A stretch of DNA of 64,000 nucleotides from Planctomycetota bacterium (GTDB lineage Bacteria; Planctomycetota; PLA2; JAEUHO01). Positions within the stretch are counted from its first letter, which is position 1. Every line of letters begins with the position of its first letter. The position numbers were made by a program, and so were the translations under genes. The stretch lies in assembly GCA_964228555.1 (NCBI GenBank), contig CAXQZU010000036.1, positions 39,867 through 103,866 of the forward strand, in the 5' to 3' direction. Below are positions 23,056-32,473 of the stretch, piece by piece. The notes beneath the pieces are model-generated. The model searched no databases. It was not told the DNA's origin and saw only the letters and a program-made list of their open reading frames with translations.

Positions 23056-24228
23056 ATGCGCCGGCTGGTTGCCTGCCTCCCCGTGCTGGCCGTGCTGGGG
23101 CTGCTGGCCTCGCTGGCGCGCGGCCCGGCGGGCGCCGACCAGCCGGCCCGCGGCCTCGTGACGCCGGCGGCCCGCGAGGCCATCGACAGGGGCCTCTCCT
23201 TCCTCGCCAGCCAGCAGCACACCGATGGCTCGTGGAAGAGCAACGCGGGCAAGAAGATCAACGAGGGCTACCGCATCTTCGAGGGCGGGCGCGACGTGCC
23301 GCACGTGGGCGTGACCTCGCTGGCCGTGCTGGCCTACCTCGCCGGCGGCCACGTGCCCGGGCGCGGCCCCTACGGCGAGGTCGTGGAGCGGGCCGTGCGA
23401 TTCCTCGTCGAGCAGGGGGATCCCGGCAGCGGGATGATCGCGGCCCACGGCACGCGCATGTACAGCCACGCCTTCGCCACGCTGGCCCTGGCGGAGGTGT
23501 ACGGCATGTCGCCGCAGCCTCGCGTGCGGCGCGTGCTGGAGGCCGCCGTGGACTTCACGGTGCGCTGCCAGAACGAGACCGGGGGCTGGCGCTACGTGCC
23601 CTTCACGGCCGACAGCGACATGAGCGTGACGGTGTGCCAGGTCGTGGCCCTGCGTGCGGCCCGCAACGTGGGCTTCAAGGTGCCGCAGGCCACCATCGAC
23701 CGCGCCATCGGCTACGTGCTGCGCAGCGCCTACACCGGCGCCGAGGCGCGCGGCGGCTTCCGCTACCAGCCGGAGGAGATCCGCTGGAACCGTGACTCCT
23801 TCTCGCTGGCGGCGGCCGGGCTGACGACCCTGTTCCAGGCCGGGCTCTACGACAACGCGGCCATCGCGCGCTACGTCAAGGAGCACCGCATCCCGCAGTC
23901 GCCGCCACCGCGCATCGAGGACACCGTGCGCTACCTGCGCAACCAGTTCTCCGACGTGCCCAACGACCACTTCTTCTTCTGGTACGGCTCGTACTACGCG
24001 ACGCAGGCCTTCTACCTCGTGGGCGGCAGCAACCCGCAGGAGTGGTCCGGCTGGTACACGGCCGTGCGCGACCGCATCCTGGCCACGCAGCGAGAGGCCC
24101 GCCTGCCCGGCGGCCAGCGCGGCGCCCACTGGGTCAGCAACGTGGACGACAGCCACGCCTATGCCACGGCCACCGCCCTGCTGATCCTGCAGTTCCCGCT
24201 GGACTACCTGCCCATCCACCAGCGCTGA
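23056..24228 (+). CDS. Secreted prenyltransferase/squalene-oxidase-repeat (terpene-cyclase-like alpha/alpha-toroid) protein
   Basis: Sec signal MRRLVACLPVLAVLGLLASLARG. Repeats of the QxxxGxW type (SQQHTDGSWKS; QNETGGWRY; ...GGFRYQP). No DxDD motif. Confidence 0.7.
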   Translation: MRRLVACLPVLAVLGLLASLARGPAGADQPARGLVTPAAREAIDRGLSFLASQQHTDGSWKSNAGKKINEGYRIFEGGRDVPHVGVTSLAVLAYLAGGHVPGRGPYGEVVERAVRFLVEQGDPGSGMIAAHGTRMYSHAFATLALAEVYGMSPQPRVRRVLEAAVDFTVRCQNETGGWRYVPFTADSDMSVTVCQVVALRAARNVGFKVPQATIDRAIGYVLRSAYTGAEARGGFRYQPEEIRWNRDSFSLAAAGLTTLFQAGLYDNAAIARYVKEHRIPQSPPPRIEDTVRYLRNQFSDVPNDHFFFWYGSYYATQAFYLVGGSNPQEWSGWYTAVRDRILATQREARLPGGQRGAHWVSNVDDSHAYATATALLILQFPLDYLPIHQR

Positions 24229-24256
24229 GCCCGGGCCGCGGCCGCACTCCGGGCCG

Positions 24257-26854
24257 GTGGCGCCCGGGGGCCGCCTGCGGGCTGGCGCCCCGGTAGGCTG
24301 GACCCATGGGGCCCGCGCCGGGCCCCGCCCGAGGTGCAGCCTGGCCGCCCCGTCCCCCACGCTCGAGCTGCGCCGCAGCCTTGCCGCCCAGCGGGCCCGC
24401 ATCCGCGCCGGGCTGGCGCTGGCCGGGCTGGCGCGGGTGGCGCTGGCCGCCGTGCTGGCGCTGGGCGCCTTCTACCTCGCCGACCGGGGGCTGGACCTCC
24501 CGCTGGCGCTGCGCGCGTTCGTGCGGCTGGGTTGCCTCGGCCTGCAAGACCGCCTCCCCCTGCCGGCCTGGCTGCCGCTGGTGCTGGCCAGCGCGGTGGT
24601 GGCCTTCTACCTCGTGCGCGGCCGGCGGGCGGGCGCCCCGCTGGCGGGATTTGCCTTCGGGGGCCTTGCCGGGCTGCTGGCCGCGCTGGCGGTGCGCTGG
24701 CTGGCCCCGGTGGGCGTGCGGCTCGAGGACGCCGAGCTCGCCGCGGCCGTCGAGCAGCGGCGGCCGGGGCTCGGCGACCGGCTGGCCAGCGCGCTGGACT
24801 TCGAGGCCGAGCTGGCCCGCGAGGCCGCGGGCCAGGGACGTGGCGAGAGCCGGGCGATGATGCAGGCGCTGCTGGACGAGGCGCGGGTCACCGCGCGCGG
24901 CGCGTCGTGCGCTCAGCTGGCCAGCGGTCGCGTGCCGCTGGCGTGGCTGGGCACCCTGGCCCTGGCGCTGGGCGCGGCCGTCGTGGCCGTGGCGCTGGAC
25001 CCGGAGCAAGCCCGGCTCTTCGCCCGGCGCTCGCTGGCGCTGGAGGACCTGCCCTGGCCGCGCGCCACCACCCTGTGGGCGGTGCGGCTGGAGGCGGACG
25101 GCCGCGTGACGCGCTGGGATCCCCAGCAGCCCTTCGAGGTGGCCGTGGGCCGCACGCTCGTCGTGCACGCCGAGGCCGAGGGCGAGCCCGTGGAGGACGC
25201 CCAGCTGCTCGACCTCGCCGATGGCCAGCAGCCCCTGCCGCGGCGCATGTTCCCCGTGACCGGCCGCACCGGCATCTACGCCGTCGAGCTGGTGAACGTG
25301 CGGCAGGGCTTCGGCTTCGTGCTGCAAGGCGGCGACGACACGGACGACACGCCCGTGTACCGCGTCGAGGCCACCGTGGCCCCCGCGCTGGTGGACGTGG
25401 CCGCCGACCTCGTGTTCCCGCCCTACCTCGGCCGCGAGCCTGCGCGCGTGCTGTCCGGCAGCCTCGAGGTGCCGCAGGGCACGCAGGTGACGCTGACCCT
25501 CGTGCCCAGCGAGCCGCTGGAGTCGCTGCGCGGGGTGCTGGGCGAGGAGGCGCGCGAAGCCGAGCGCATCACGGCCGACGGCGGCGGCGAGGCCTGGCGC
25601 GTGTCGCTGGTGGCGGAGCGCAGCCTGCGCTGGCGCGCCGCGCTGCGCTCGCCGCAGGGGCGCGAGAACGACCCGGGGCAGGACGCCTACGAGATCGTGG
25701 TGCGCCCCGACGCCGCGCCCAAGGTGGCGTGGGCCTGGCCCCGTGGCGTGACGGAGGTGACGCCCGCGGGCCGCGTGCCCCTGCTGGTGGCGCTCACCGA
25801 CGACCATGCCGTGGCGTCGGCCACGCTCGAGCTGCGCGTGGGCGCCGACGGTGCCCTGCAGGCCCTGCGCCTGCAGGCCATGGAGGGCGAGGGCCCGGTG
25901 CTGCCGCGCGGCGAGCCCGGCCAGCGCACGCTGGCGGCCCTCGACGGCCCCGACGGGCGGGCGGGCGTCATGGCCTACGTGCCGCTGGAGCTGGGCTGGC
26001 TGGGCGAGGGTGCGCCGCTGCCCGTGCCGTCCACCGTGCAGGTGCGCGTGGTGGCCACCGACACCCGCGGCCAGCGAGCCGAGGGCGCCTGGCAGGTGCT
26101 GGAGGTCTATGCCCCCGCCGAGGTGGAGCGCCTGCTGTCCACGCGGCGCTCCGGCGTGCGCAGCGCCGTGGCGGCCCTCGAGTCCGAGCAGGCCGCCCGG
26201 CTCGCCCAGGTGGTGGAGCTGCAGCGCGGGGCGCTGGAGGCCGGCGACCTCGACCTGCTCAAGACCGTGCAGTTCGCGCAGTCCAAGCTGGCCCAGCACA
26301 CCGACCGCGCGGTGCGGGACTACCTCGACGTGTTCGCCAGCTTCGTGCTGGACCGGCTGGGCGCGCAGAACCCCAACGAGCGCATCCTGTCCATGATCGA
26401 CCGGGCGCACCGCGGCGTGGCCCAGCGCGGCACGGCGGCGCTGCGCGACGACGCGGCCTTCCCCTACGCCCTGTTCGAGGAGGTGGTGGCCGCCTGGCGT
26501 GGCCGCACGCTCATCGACACGGCACTGCTCGAGCGCATGCTGGCCGTGCTCGCGGCGGCGCTGGAGGCCACGCAGCGCACCGCACCCGCAGCCCAGGAGG
26601 CCGCGCAGCAGGCCGCGCAGCAGGCCGGGCCGGGAGCTGCCGCCGGGGTGCTGGCCCCGCTCGAGCAGGCCCAGCGCGCCCACCTCGCCGCCCTGCGCCA
26701 GCTGGCCGAGGCGCTCTCCTCGTGGGAGAGCCTCAACGACGTGATCGTGCGCCTCAAGCGCATCGTCGAGGAGCAGCGCGCGCTGCTCGAGCGACTCGAT
26801 GCCGAGGGGCGTGCACAGCCTGGCAGGCCTGCGCCTGCACCCGGAGCCCGTTGA
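24257..26854 (+). CDS. Hypothetical multi-TM protein with a large extracytoplasmic domain and a C-terminal helical region (865 aa)
   Basis: N-terminal TM helices (LALAGLARVALAAVLALGAFYL; WLPLVLASAVVAFYLV; FAFGGLAGLLAALAV; LAWLGTLALALGAAVVAVAL). Balanced composition with W/Y/F/Q/K, unlike spurious GC ORFs. The stop is 2 nt before the next gene's ATG. Confidence 0.65.
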   Translation: MAPGGRLRAGAPVGWTHGARAGPRPRCSLAAPSPTLELRRSLAAQRARIRAGLALAGLARVALAAVLALGAFYLADRGLDLPLALRAFVRLGCLGLQDRLPLPAWLPLVLASAVVAFYLVRGRRAGAPLAGFAFGGLAGLLAALAVRWLAPVGVRLEDAELAAAVEQRRPGLGDRLASALDFEAELAREAAGQGRGESRAMMQALLDEARVTARGASCAQLASGRVPLAWLGTLALALGAAVVAVALDPEQARLFARRSLALEDLPWPRATTLWAVRLEADGRVTRWDPQQPFEVAVGRTLVVHAEAEGEPVEDAQLLDLADGQQPLPRRMFPVTGRTGIYAVELVNVRQGFGFVLQGGDDTDDTPVYRVEATVAPALVDVAADLVFPPYLGREPARVLSGSLEVPQGTQVTLTLVPSEPLESLRGVLGEEAREAERITADGGGEAWRVSLVAERSLRWRAALRSPQGRENDPGQDAYEIVVRPDAAPKVAWAWPRGVTEVTPAGRVPLLVALTDDHAVASATLELRVGADGALQALRLQAMEGEGPVLPRGEPGQRTLAALDGPDGRAGVMAYVPLELGWLGEGAPLPVPSTVQVRVVATDTRGQRAEGAWQVLEVYAPAEVERLLSTRRSGVRSAVAALESEQAARLAQVVELQRGALEAGDLDLLKTVQFAQSKLAQHTDRAVRDYLDVFASFVLDRLGAQNPNERILSMIDRAHRGVAQRGTAALRDDAAFPYALFEEVVAAWRGRTLIDTALLERMLAVLAAALEATQRTAPAAQEAAQQAAQQAGPGAAAGVLAPLEQAQRAHLAALRQLAEALSSWESLNDVIVRLKRIVEEQRALLERLDAEGRAQPGRPAPAPGAR

Positions 26855-26856
26855 CC

Positions 26857-29800
26857 ATGCCCTCCCGAACCCAGCCCGATGCCTCCCGCCCGGCCAAGGC
26901 GCCGCGCGTGCTCCTCGCCACGCTGGCGCTGGTGGCTGCGCTGGCGCCGTGGGCCCCGGCCGCGCGCGCCGAGGACGCCGACCGCGAGGCCCGCGTGCAG
27001 GCCCGGCGTCGCGAGCAGGAGGCGATCCGCGAGAAGACCGAGGCGCTCACGGCCAGCATGCGCTCCCTGCGCGAGTCGCTGGAGCGGGAGGGCAGCGCCT
27101 ACGAGGTGGAGATCCTCTCCCGGGCGCTGCAGCACCTCGAGGGCGCCAACCTCGCGGCCGGCATCCAGGCCGCCCTGCAGGCGCTGGAGGGCACGCGCGA
27201 CGTGTCGCAGGTGGCGCGCGAGCAGGTCTCGCGCGTGCTGGCCGACCTCGAGGGCCTGCTCGAGATCCTCGAGGACCGCAAGCGCGAGGTGACGCGCGAC
27301 CAGATCGAGCAGCGGCTGGAGGCGGCCAAGGAGGCGCTGGAGGCCACGCAGCAGCTGCGCCGCGAGCAGGAGCAGGTGGCGCGCGCCATCGAGCAGGCCC
27401 AGCAGCAGGCACGCACCGAGGCGGCCCGGCAGGCCGAGGCACTGTCACGCGAAGCGGCCGCCCTGCGCGCGGAGCAGCAGCGCCTGCGTGAGGAGGCTGC
27501 GCGCGACGCCGGCGAGCAGGCGCGCGCCGAGCGTGCCATGGCAGAGAACCTGCTGGCGCGCCAGCGGGAAGCGCTGGAGCGCCTGCGGGCCGCACGCCGT
27601 GCCGAGGGCGAGCAGGCGCGCGCCGCGGCGCAGGAGGCCCGGCGCCTCGCGGAGGAGGAGCGCGCTGCGGCGGCTCAGGCCAGCGGCGACGGGGTGCGCG
27701 AGGCCCTGCGGCAGGCCGTGGGCGACGCCGCGGCACAGGCCGCGCGCGCAGCCGCCGCGGCGCGCACGCAGGCGGCCGCCGAGGCTGCGGTGGAGGCGGC
27801 CCGCGAGGCCGGCCGCGCCGCGCAAGCGCAGGCGCGGGCCGCGGGGGGTGGCGCCGATGCGGCACAGGCGGCCGACGAGGCGCGCGAGGCCGGCGAGCGA
27901 GCGCGCAGCGCCGCCACGCGCGCACAGCGGATGGCCCGCGAGGCCGCCGGGGCGAAGGGGGCCGAGCGCGCCACGGCAGAGGCCGCCCAGCGCCTCGCCG
28001 AGCAGGCCGGGCCGCTGGCGGCGGGTGAGGCAGGCGCCGCCAGCCCGCAGCGCCGCGAGGCGCTGGAGCAGGCGGCCGCAGCCGCCGCGCAGGCCTCGGC
28101 GGCTGCGGCCCAGCAGGCCGAGTCCGCCGCCGCCGCAGCGCGGGCGGCCGCGCAGGCACTGGAATCGCTGGAGCGGGCCGGGATGGCCGAAGGGGGCGCT
28201 CAGGCTGGCGCCTCCGCCGAGGCCGGGCGGCAGGCTGCGCAGCGTGCCCGTGCGGCCCTCGAAGAGGGCGCGGGCCAGCTGGAGCAGGCGGCCCGCGACA
28301 TGCAGCCCGGCACGGCGGCTGGCGCCCGCCCTGCCGGGGCGGACCGCGCAGAGGCCGGCCGGGAGCGGCTGGAGGCGGCCGCGGAGGCGCTGGGCGCCGC
28401 GGTGGCTGCCGGGTCCTCCTCCACGCCGCAGGACCGGGCGCAGCAGGCGGCCGCGGAACGCCAGCGTGCGCAGGCCGCCCAAGGGCTGGCCCGCCAGGCC
28501 GCGCAGGCGGCGCAGGCGGTGGGCGAGGCAGGCAGCGGCGAGCGCGCCGCGGCTGAGCAGGCGGCTCGCGAGGCCAGTGCGCAGGCCGAGGCGGCCGCGC
28601 GCGCCATGGAGCAGGCGGCCTCGGCCCTGGCCGGGGGCCGGCCGGGCGAGGCGGCGGGCCAGCAGGCCGAGGCCGCCGAGCACCTCGACCGCGCCGCCCG
28701 CATGCTGGGCGGCGAGGCAGGTGCGTCCGGGCTGGCCGAGGAGCAGGGCATGCTCGCGCGCGGTGCGGAGTCGCTGGCCCAGCGGCTCGAGCAGCAGGCG
28801 GGCGGCCAGGCCGGCACCGCACAGCCCGGCGCGCAGGCTGCCGAGGCTGCGCGCCAGCAGGCAGCCGGGGCGGCCCGCGAGGCCGCGCGCCACCTGGAGC
28901 AGGCCCAGCAGGCACTCCAGCAGGGTCGTGGCGGCGAGGCGGCTGCCGCCGAGGAGCAGGCCGTGCAAGCCCTGGAGCAGGCCCGCGAGGGCCTGGCCGC
29001 GCGCGAGCGCGACCTGGCCGCCGCACGCGAGCAGCGCGAGCAGGCGCTGGCCGAGGCCCAGCGCCGGCTGGTGGCCAAGGCCAAGGAACTGGAAGAGCGC
29101 GCCCGGCAGCTCGCGCCCTCCTCGCCCGAGGCGCAGCAGCAGGCCGAGCGCGCACGCGAGGCGCTGCAGCAGGCCGCGCGCGCCATGGAGCAGGCGGCGC
29201 AGCAGGCCTCCGGGGGCCAGTCCCAGCAGGCCGCCGGCTCGCAGCAGCAGGCCGAGCAGTCCCTGTCCGAGGCCCAGCGCCAGCTGCAGCAGGGCGCCCG
29301 CGAGACCGAGCGCACGCCTGCACTCGAGCAGCAGCTCAAGGAGCTGTCCGAGCGGCAGGAGCGCCTGCGCGAGCGCATGAAGCAGCTGGAAGACCTGCTG
29401 GCCAAGACCGAGAACGAGGCAGCGCAGGAGGCCGGGCGGCGTGCGCGGCGCGCGATGGAGGCCACCGAGGACAGCCTCGAGCAGGGCCAGGCCCAGCGCA
29501 GCCGCCAGCAGGCCGAGGAGGCGCGCGAGTACCTCGAGCAGGCCGAGCAGGCCCTCGACGAGGAGCGCCGGCGCTACCAGAGCCTGGAGCAGGAAGAGAT
29601 GCTGTTCCAGCTGGTGAAGGACCTGAAGGCCGCGCGCGAGGCCCAGGCCGCGCTGCGCAAGGAGAGCGAGGAGGTCGTGGCCGAGGCGCAGCGCCTGCGC
29701 GACGAGGGTGGCCGGCTCTCGCGTGCGCGCCGCAAGCGCACGAAGGAGATGGCCGCCGAGGAGCAGGCGCTGGCCGGCACGCTCGACGAGCGCCGGCAGG

Positions 29801-30273
29801 CCGTCGAGAAGGAAGACTCGGCGGCCTTCGCCGCCAGCCTCGCCGAGGCGGTGGAGGACGTGCGCGAGGCCGCGCGCCAGCTCGAGCAGCCCGACGAGCT
29901 CGGCCCGCTGCTGCTGGCCGTTCAAGACGCCGTGCTGCAGCGCCTCGACGACCTCGTGGGCGGCTTCGAGGACGAGCTGGAGCGCCGCCAGCAGGAGGAC
30001 CCCCAGCAGCAACAGCGCGATCGCCAGCAGGAGCAGCAGCCGCAGCAGGAGCGCCTCGTGCCCTTCGAGGTGGAGCTCAAGCTGCTGCGCCGCCAGCAGG
30101 TGGACCTCAACCTGCGCGTGCAGCGCTTCTTCGAGCGCACGCCCGGCCTCTCCGAGGGCCGGGTGGGCGAGGCCGAGCGGCGCATGCTCGAGCGCCTCTA
30201 CCACCAGCAGGGCCGCATCAAGCGCGTGCTGGAGGACCTGGTCGAGAAGACGCTGGGAGGGCAGGGCGGATAG
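26857..30273 (+). CDS. Secreted 1138-aa Ala/Glu/Gln/Arg-rich coiled-coil protein
   Basis: Signal peptide MPSRTQPDASRPAKAPRVLLATLALVAALAPWAPAARAEDA, followed by about 1100 aa of heptad-like, charged, A/E/Q/R-dominated sequence (for example EQARAAAQEARRLAEEERAAAAQ) and ending in a less biased C-terminal about 120 aa (LVPFEVELKLLRRQQVDLNLRVQRFFERTPGL...). It is in frame with, and directly follows, the upstream membrane-protein gene. Confidence 0.7.
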   Translation: MPSRTQPDASRPAKAPRVLLATLALVAALAPWAPAARAEDADREARVQARRREQEAIREKTEALTASMRSLRESLEREGSAYEVEILSRALQHLEGANLAAGIQAALQALEGTRDVSQVAREQVSRVLADLEGLLEILEDRKREVTRDQIEQRLEAAKEALEATQQLRREQEQVARAIEQAQQQARTEAARQAEALSREAAALRAEQQRLREEAARDAGEQARAERAMAENLLARQREALERLRAARRAEGEQARAAAQEARRLAEEERAAAAQASGDGVREALRQAVGDAAAQAARAAAAARTQAAAEAAVEAAREAGRAAQAQARAAGGGADAAQAADEAREAGERARSAATRAQRMAREAAGAKGAERATAEAAQRLAEQAGPLAAGEAGAASPQRREALEQAAAAAAQASAAAAQQAESAAAAARAAAQALESLERAGMAEGGAQAGASAEAGRQAAQRARAALEEGAGQLEQAARDMQPGTAAGARPAGADRAEAGRERLEAAAEALGAAVAAGSSSTPQDRAQQAAAERQRAQAAQGLARQAAQAAQAVGEAGSGERAAAEQAAREASAQAEAAARAMEQAASALAGGRPGEAAGQQAEAAEHLDRAARMLGGEAGASGLAEEQGMLARGAESLAQRLEQQAGGQAGTAQPGAQAAEAARQQAAGAAREAARHLEQAQQALQQGRGGEAAAAEEQAVQALEQAREGLAARERDLAAAREQREQALAEAQRRLVAKAKELEERARQLAPSSPEAQQQAERAREALQQAARAMEQAAQQASGGQSQQAAGSQQQAEQSLSEAQRQLQQGARETERTPALEQQLKELSERQERLRERMKQLEDLLAKTENEAAQEAGRRARRAMEATEDSLEQGQAQRSRQQAEEAREYLEQAEQALDEERRRYQSLEQEEMLFQLVKDLKAAREAQAALRKESEEVVAEAQRLRDEGGRLSRARRKRTKEMAAEEQALAGTLDERRQAVEKEDSAAFAASLAEAVEDVREAARQLEQPDELGPLLLAVQDAVLQRLDDLVGGFEDELERRQQEDPQQQQRDRQQEQQPQQERLVPFEVELKLLRRQQVDLNLRVQRFFERTPGLSEGRVGEAERRMLERLYHQQGRIKRVLEDLVEKTLGGQGG

Positions 30274-30336
30274 CCCGCTGCCCTTCCGCCCCCCCGCCGT
30301 TCGCCGCTACCATCCACCCAGCCCGCAGGACGCCCC

Positions 30337-31179
30337 ATGCGCCTCTACCCGCTCGCCCTCACCCTCCTCGCGCTGCTGCTGCCCGCCGTGCCCCTGCGCG
30401 CCGAGGAGCCGGGCGACCTCGAGCGCAAGCTCAAGGAGCAGATGGAGAAGGTGCTGCGCCTGATGCGCGAGAACGAGGAGGCACTCCTGCGTGCCAGCCA
30501 GCAGGGAGGCGCGGCTCCCAAGGGTCCCGACATCCCCATCCCCCCCCTGCCGCCGGCCCCCGGCGGGCAGGGCGGGCCTGGTGGCGCGCCGCAGGGCGGC
30601 GGGTCGCAGGGTGGCGGGGCGCAGGGTGGCGGCCAGGCAGGAAGCGGCGCAGGCACGTCGGGCGAGGGCGCCCGGGTGGCCCTCGAGGAGATCCTCAAGG
30701 TGCTGCGCGAGGGTGGCGGCGCCATCCCCGGCGAGATCGAGAGCCTGATGCGCATGCTGCCGGAGCAAGAAGGCGGCGGCGGCGGCGGGCAGGGCTCCTC
30801 CTCGCGCAAGCCGGGCTCGCGAGGTGGCCCGCAGACGCCCGAGGCCCGCGAGGCGCAGCGCCAGCGCGAGCTGGAGGAGCAGGCTCGCAAGCAGCACGAG
30901 GAGCAGCAGCGGCAGGCGGGCGGCACGCCCCCGCAGGGCCCCAAGCCCCCGCAGGACCCCGCGGGCCAGGCCGCGCGCGACGGACAGCCCCCGCCCAAGG
31001 AAAGCGACCCGAAGGTGGACCCGTGGTTCGCCTCGCTGCCGCCCGAGATCCGGGAGTTCTGGGCAGGCGGCGGCCTGGAGCGGCTGCCGGCGCGGGTGCG
31101 CAAGATCCTCGAGGACTACCAGCGCAGCCTCGATGCCGAGACGCGCCGCGCGGGCACGACGGGCCCCGCCGCCCGCTAG
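30337..31179 (+). CDS. Secreted low-complexity Gly/Gln/Pro/Glu-rich protein (280 aa)
   Basis: Signal peptide MRLYPLALTLLALLLPAVPLRAEEP. Contains K/E/M/W/F residues that spurious GC ORFs rarely carry. GGQGGPGGAPQGGGSQGGG tract. C-terminal DPWFASLPPEIREFWAGGGLERLP. Confidence 0.55.
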   Translation: MRLYPLALTLLALLLPAVPLRAEEPGDLERKLKEQMEKVLRLMRENEEALLRASQQGGAAPKGPDIPIPPLPPAPGGQGGPGGAPQGGGSQGGGAQGGGQAGSGAGTSGEGARVALEEILKVLREGGGAIPGEIESLMRMLPEQEGGGGGGQGSSSRKPGSRGGPQTPEAREAQRQRELEEQARKQHEEQQRQAGGTPPQGPKPPQDPAGQAARDGQPPPKESDPKVDPWFASLPPEIREFWAGGGLERLPARVRKILEDYQRSLDAETRRAGTTGPAAR

Positions 31180-31286
31180 GGCAGCACGGCAGCGCCCGCC
31201 GGGACTCCGCGCAGGCCCTGGAAGGAGCCTGGCCGCGCCGCCTGCCGGCGCTCCCCCACAGGCCGGGCGTACGATGGCACGCGCCG

Positions 31287-32435
31287 ATGGCCTCGCTCCC
31301 GCCCACCCGCCGCGACGTGCTGGGTGCCCGGCCCAGCGCGCTGGCGCTGGCCGCGCTGGCCCTGACGTCGTGGGCAGGCAGCGAGGAGCGGGCCCGCGCC
31401 AGCACAGCCGAGGACCCGGCACGCCGCGAGCGGCGCCGCCGGGCCATCGAGCGTGGCGCGTCCTGGCTGGCGGTCCAGCAGCGCACGGGCGGAGGCTTCG
31501 GCGACGACAAGGCCGTCGTGGCGCTCACCGCGCTGTCGGTGATGGCCCTGCAAGCGTCAGGCAGCGCCTACGGACGGGGCCCCCACGGCCTCGCCGTCAA
31601 GCGCGGCATCGACTTCCTGCTGCAGCTGGTGGAGACGCCCTCGACCGTGCAGTGGCACCCCGAGGGCTACTTCCACCATCCCGGCGACACCGACTCGCGC
31701 ATGCACGGGCAAGGCTATGCCGCACTCGCCCTGGCCACGGCACTGGGCATGGCGCCCGGTCCGCGCGCCGAGCGCTTGCGCAGCGCCGTGGCCAAGGCGG
31801 TGCGCTGCATGGAGGCGGCGCAGACCAGCACGGGCGGCTACGGCTACAGCCCCTCGCCGGACAACGACCACGAGGGCAGCGTCACCGTGTGCGTGGCGCA
31901 GGCCTTGCGCGCCGCGCGCGACGCCGGCCTCACGGTCAGCCAAGGCGTCGTGCTGCGCGGCCTCGAGTACCTGCGCAAGAGCCAGGTGGCCTCGGACGGG
32001 GCCTCCGACGGCGGCTTCACGTACAGCATCACGCACACCAAGCACACCTACGCGCTGACGGCCGCGGCCATCTCGTCCTTCTACCTGTTCGGGCGCTACA
32101 AGGACGACCCGCGCCGCACGCTGGACCGCGGCATGCGCTACATGCTGCGCGCCCTCGAGCGCGGTGCCGTGGACGAGGAGTGGTGGTACTACGGCCACTT
32201 CTATGGCGCCTGGGCCTTCTGGCAGCGCGACGGCGGCGACTGGTCCAGCGCCTCGATGTGGGGCCGCTGGGCTGCGCTGGTGCTGCCCGAGCTGGTCGGA
32301 GAGCGCCAGCGCAGCGACGGGTCGTGGGACGACCGCGCGAGCGGCAAGTTCCACTACGGGCCGGTGCTGAGCACGGCCTTCGCGGTGCTCACCCTGTCCA
32401 TCCCCGACGAGGCGCTGCCGGTGTTCCAGCGCTGA
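31287..32435 (+). CDS. Tat-secreted prenyltransferase/squalene-oxidase-repeat (alpha/alpha-toroid) protein
   Basis: Twin-arginine signal MASLPPTRRDVLGARPSALALAALALTSWAGS. Repeats QQRTGGGFG, QTSTGGYGYSP and ...DGGFTYS. Paralogous in architecture to 23056..24228. No DxDD. Confidence 0.7.
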   Translation: MASLPPTRRDVLGARPSALALAALALTSWAGSEERARASTAEDPARRERRRRAIERGASWLAVQQRTGGGFGDDKAVVALTALSVMALQASGSAYGRGPHGLAVKRGIDFLLQLVETPSTVQWHPEGYFHHPGDTDSRMHGQGYAALALATALGMAPGPRAERLRSAVAKAVRCMEAAQTSTGGYGYSPSPDNDHEGSVTVCVAQALRAARDAGLTVSQGVVLRGLEYLRKSQVASDGASDGGFTYSITHTKHTYALTAAAISSFYLFGRYKDDPRRTLDRGMRYMLRALERGAVDEEWWYYGHFYGAWAFWQRDGGDWSSASMWGRWAALVLPELVGERQRSDGSWDDRASGKFHYGPVLSTAFAVLTLSIPDEALPVFQR

Positions 32436-32451
32436 GGACCGGGGGCGGTCC
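32436..32451. terminator. GC-rich hairpin GGACCG-GGGG-CGGTCC between the convergent genes at 31287..32435 and 32474..33379
   Basis: Perfect 6-bp inverted repeat with a 4-nt loop immediately after the TGA at 32433-35. There is no U-tract, as expected in a high-GC genome. Confidence 0.35.
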
Positions 32452-32473
32452 GCTCGCCGGGTCCAGGGTGCGC

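Noticed and set aside
24334-30273. Single 1979-aa ORF in the track spanning two genes
   Set aside because: The N-terminal about 840 aa of this frame are out of frame with the real membrane-protein gene (24257..26854) and look spurious. Only the portion from the ATG at 26857 (signal peptide) onward is taken as the real coiled-coil gene.
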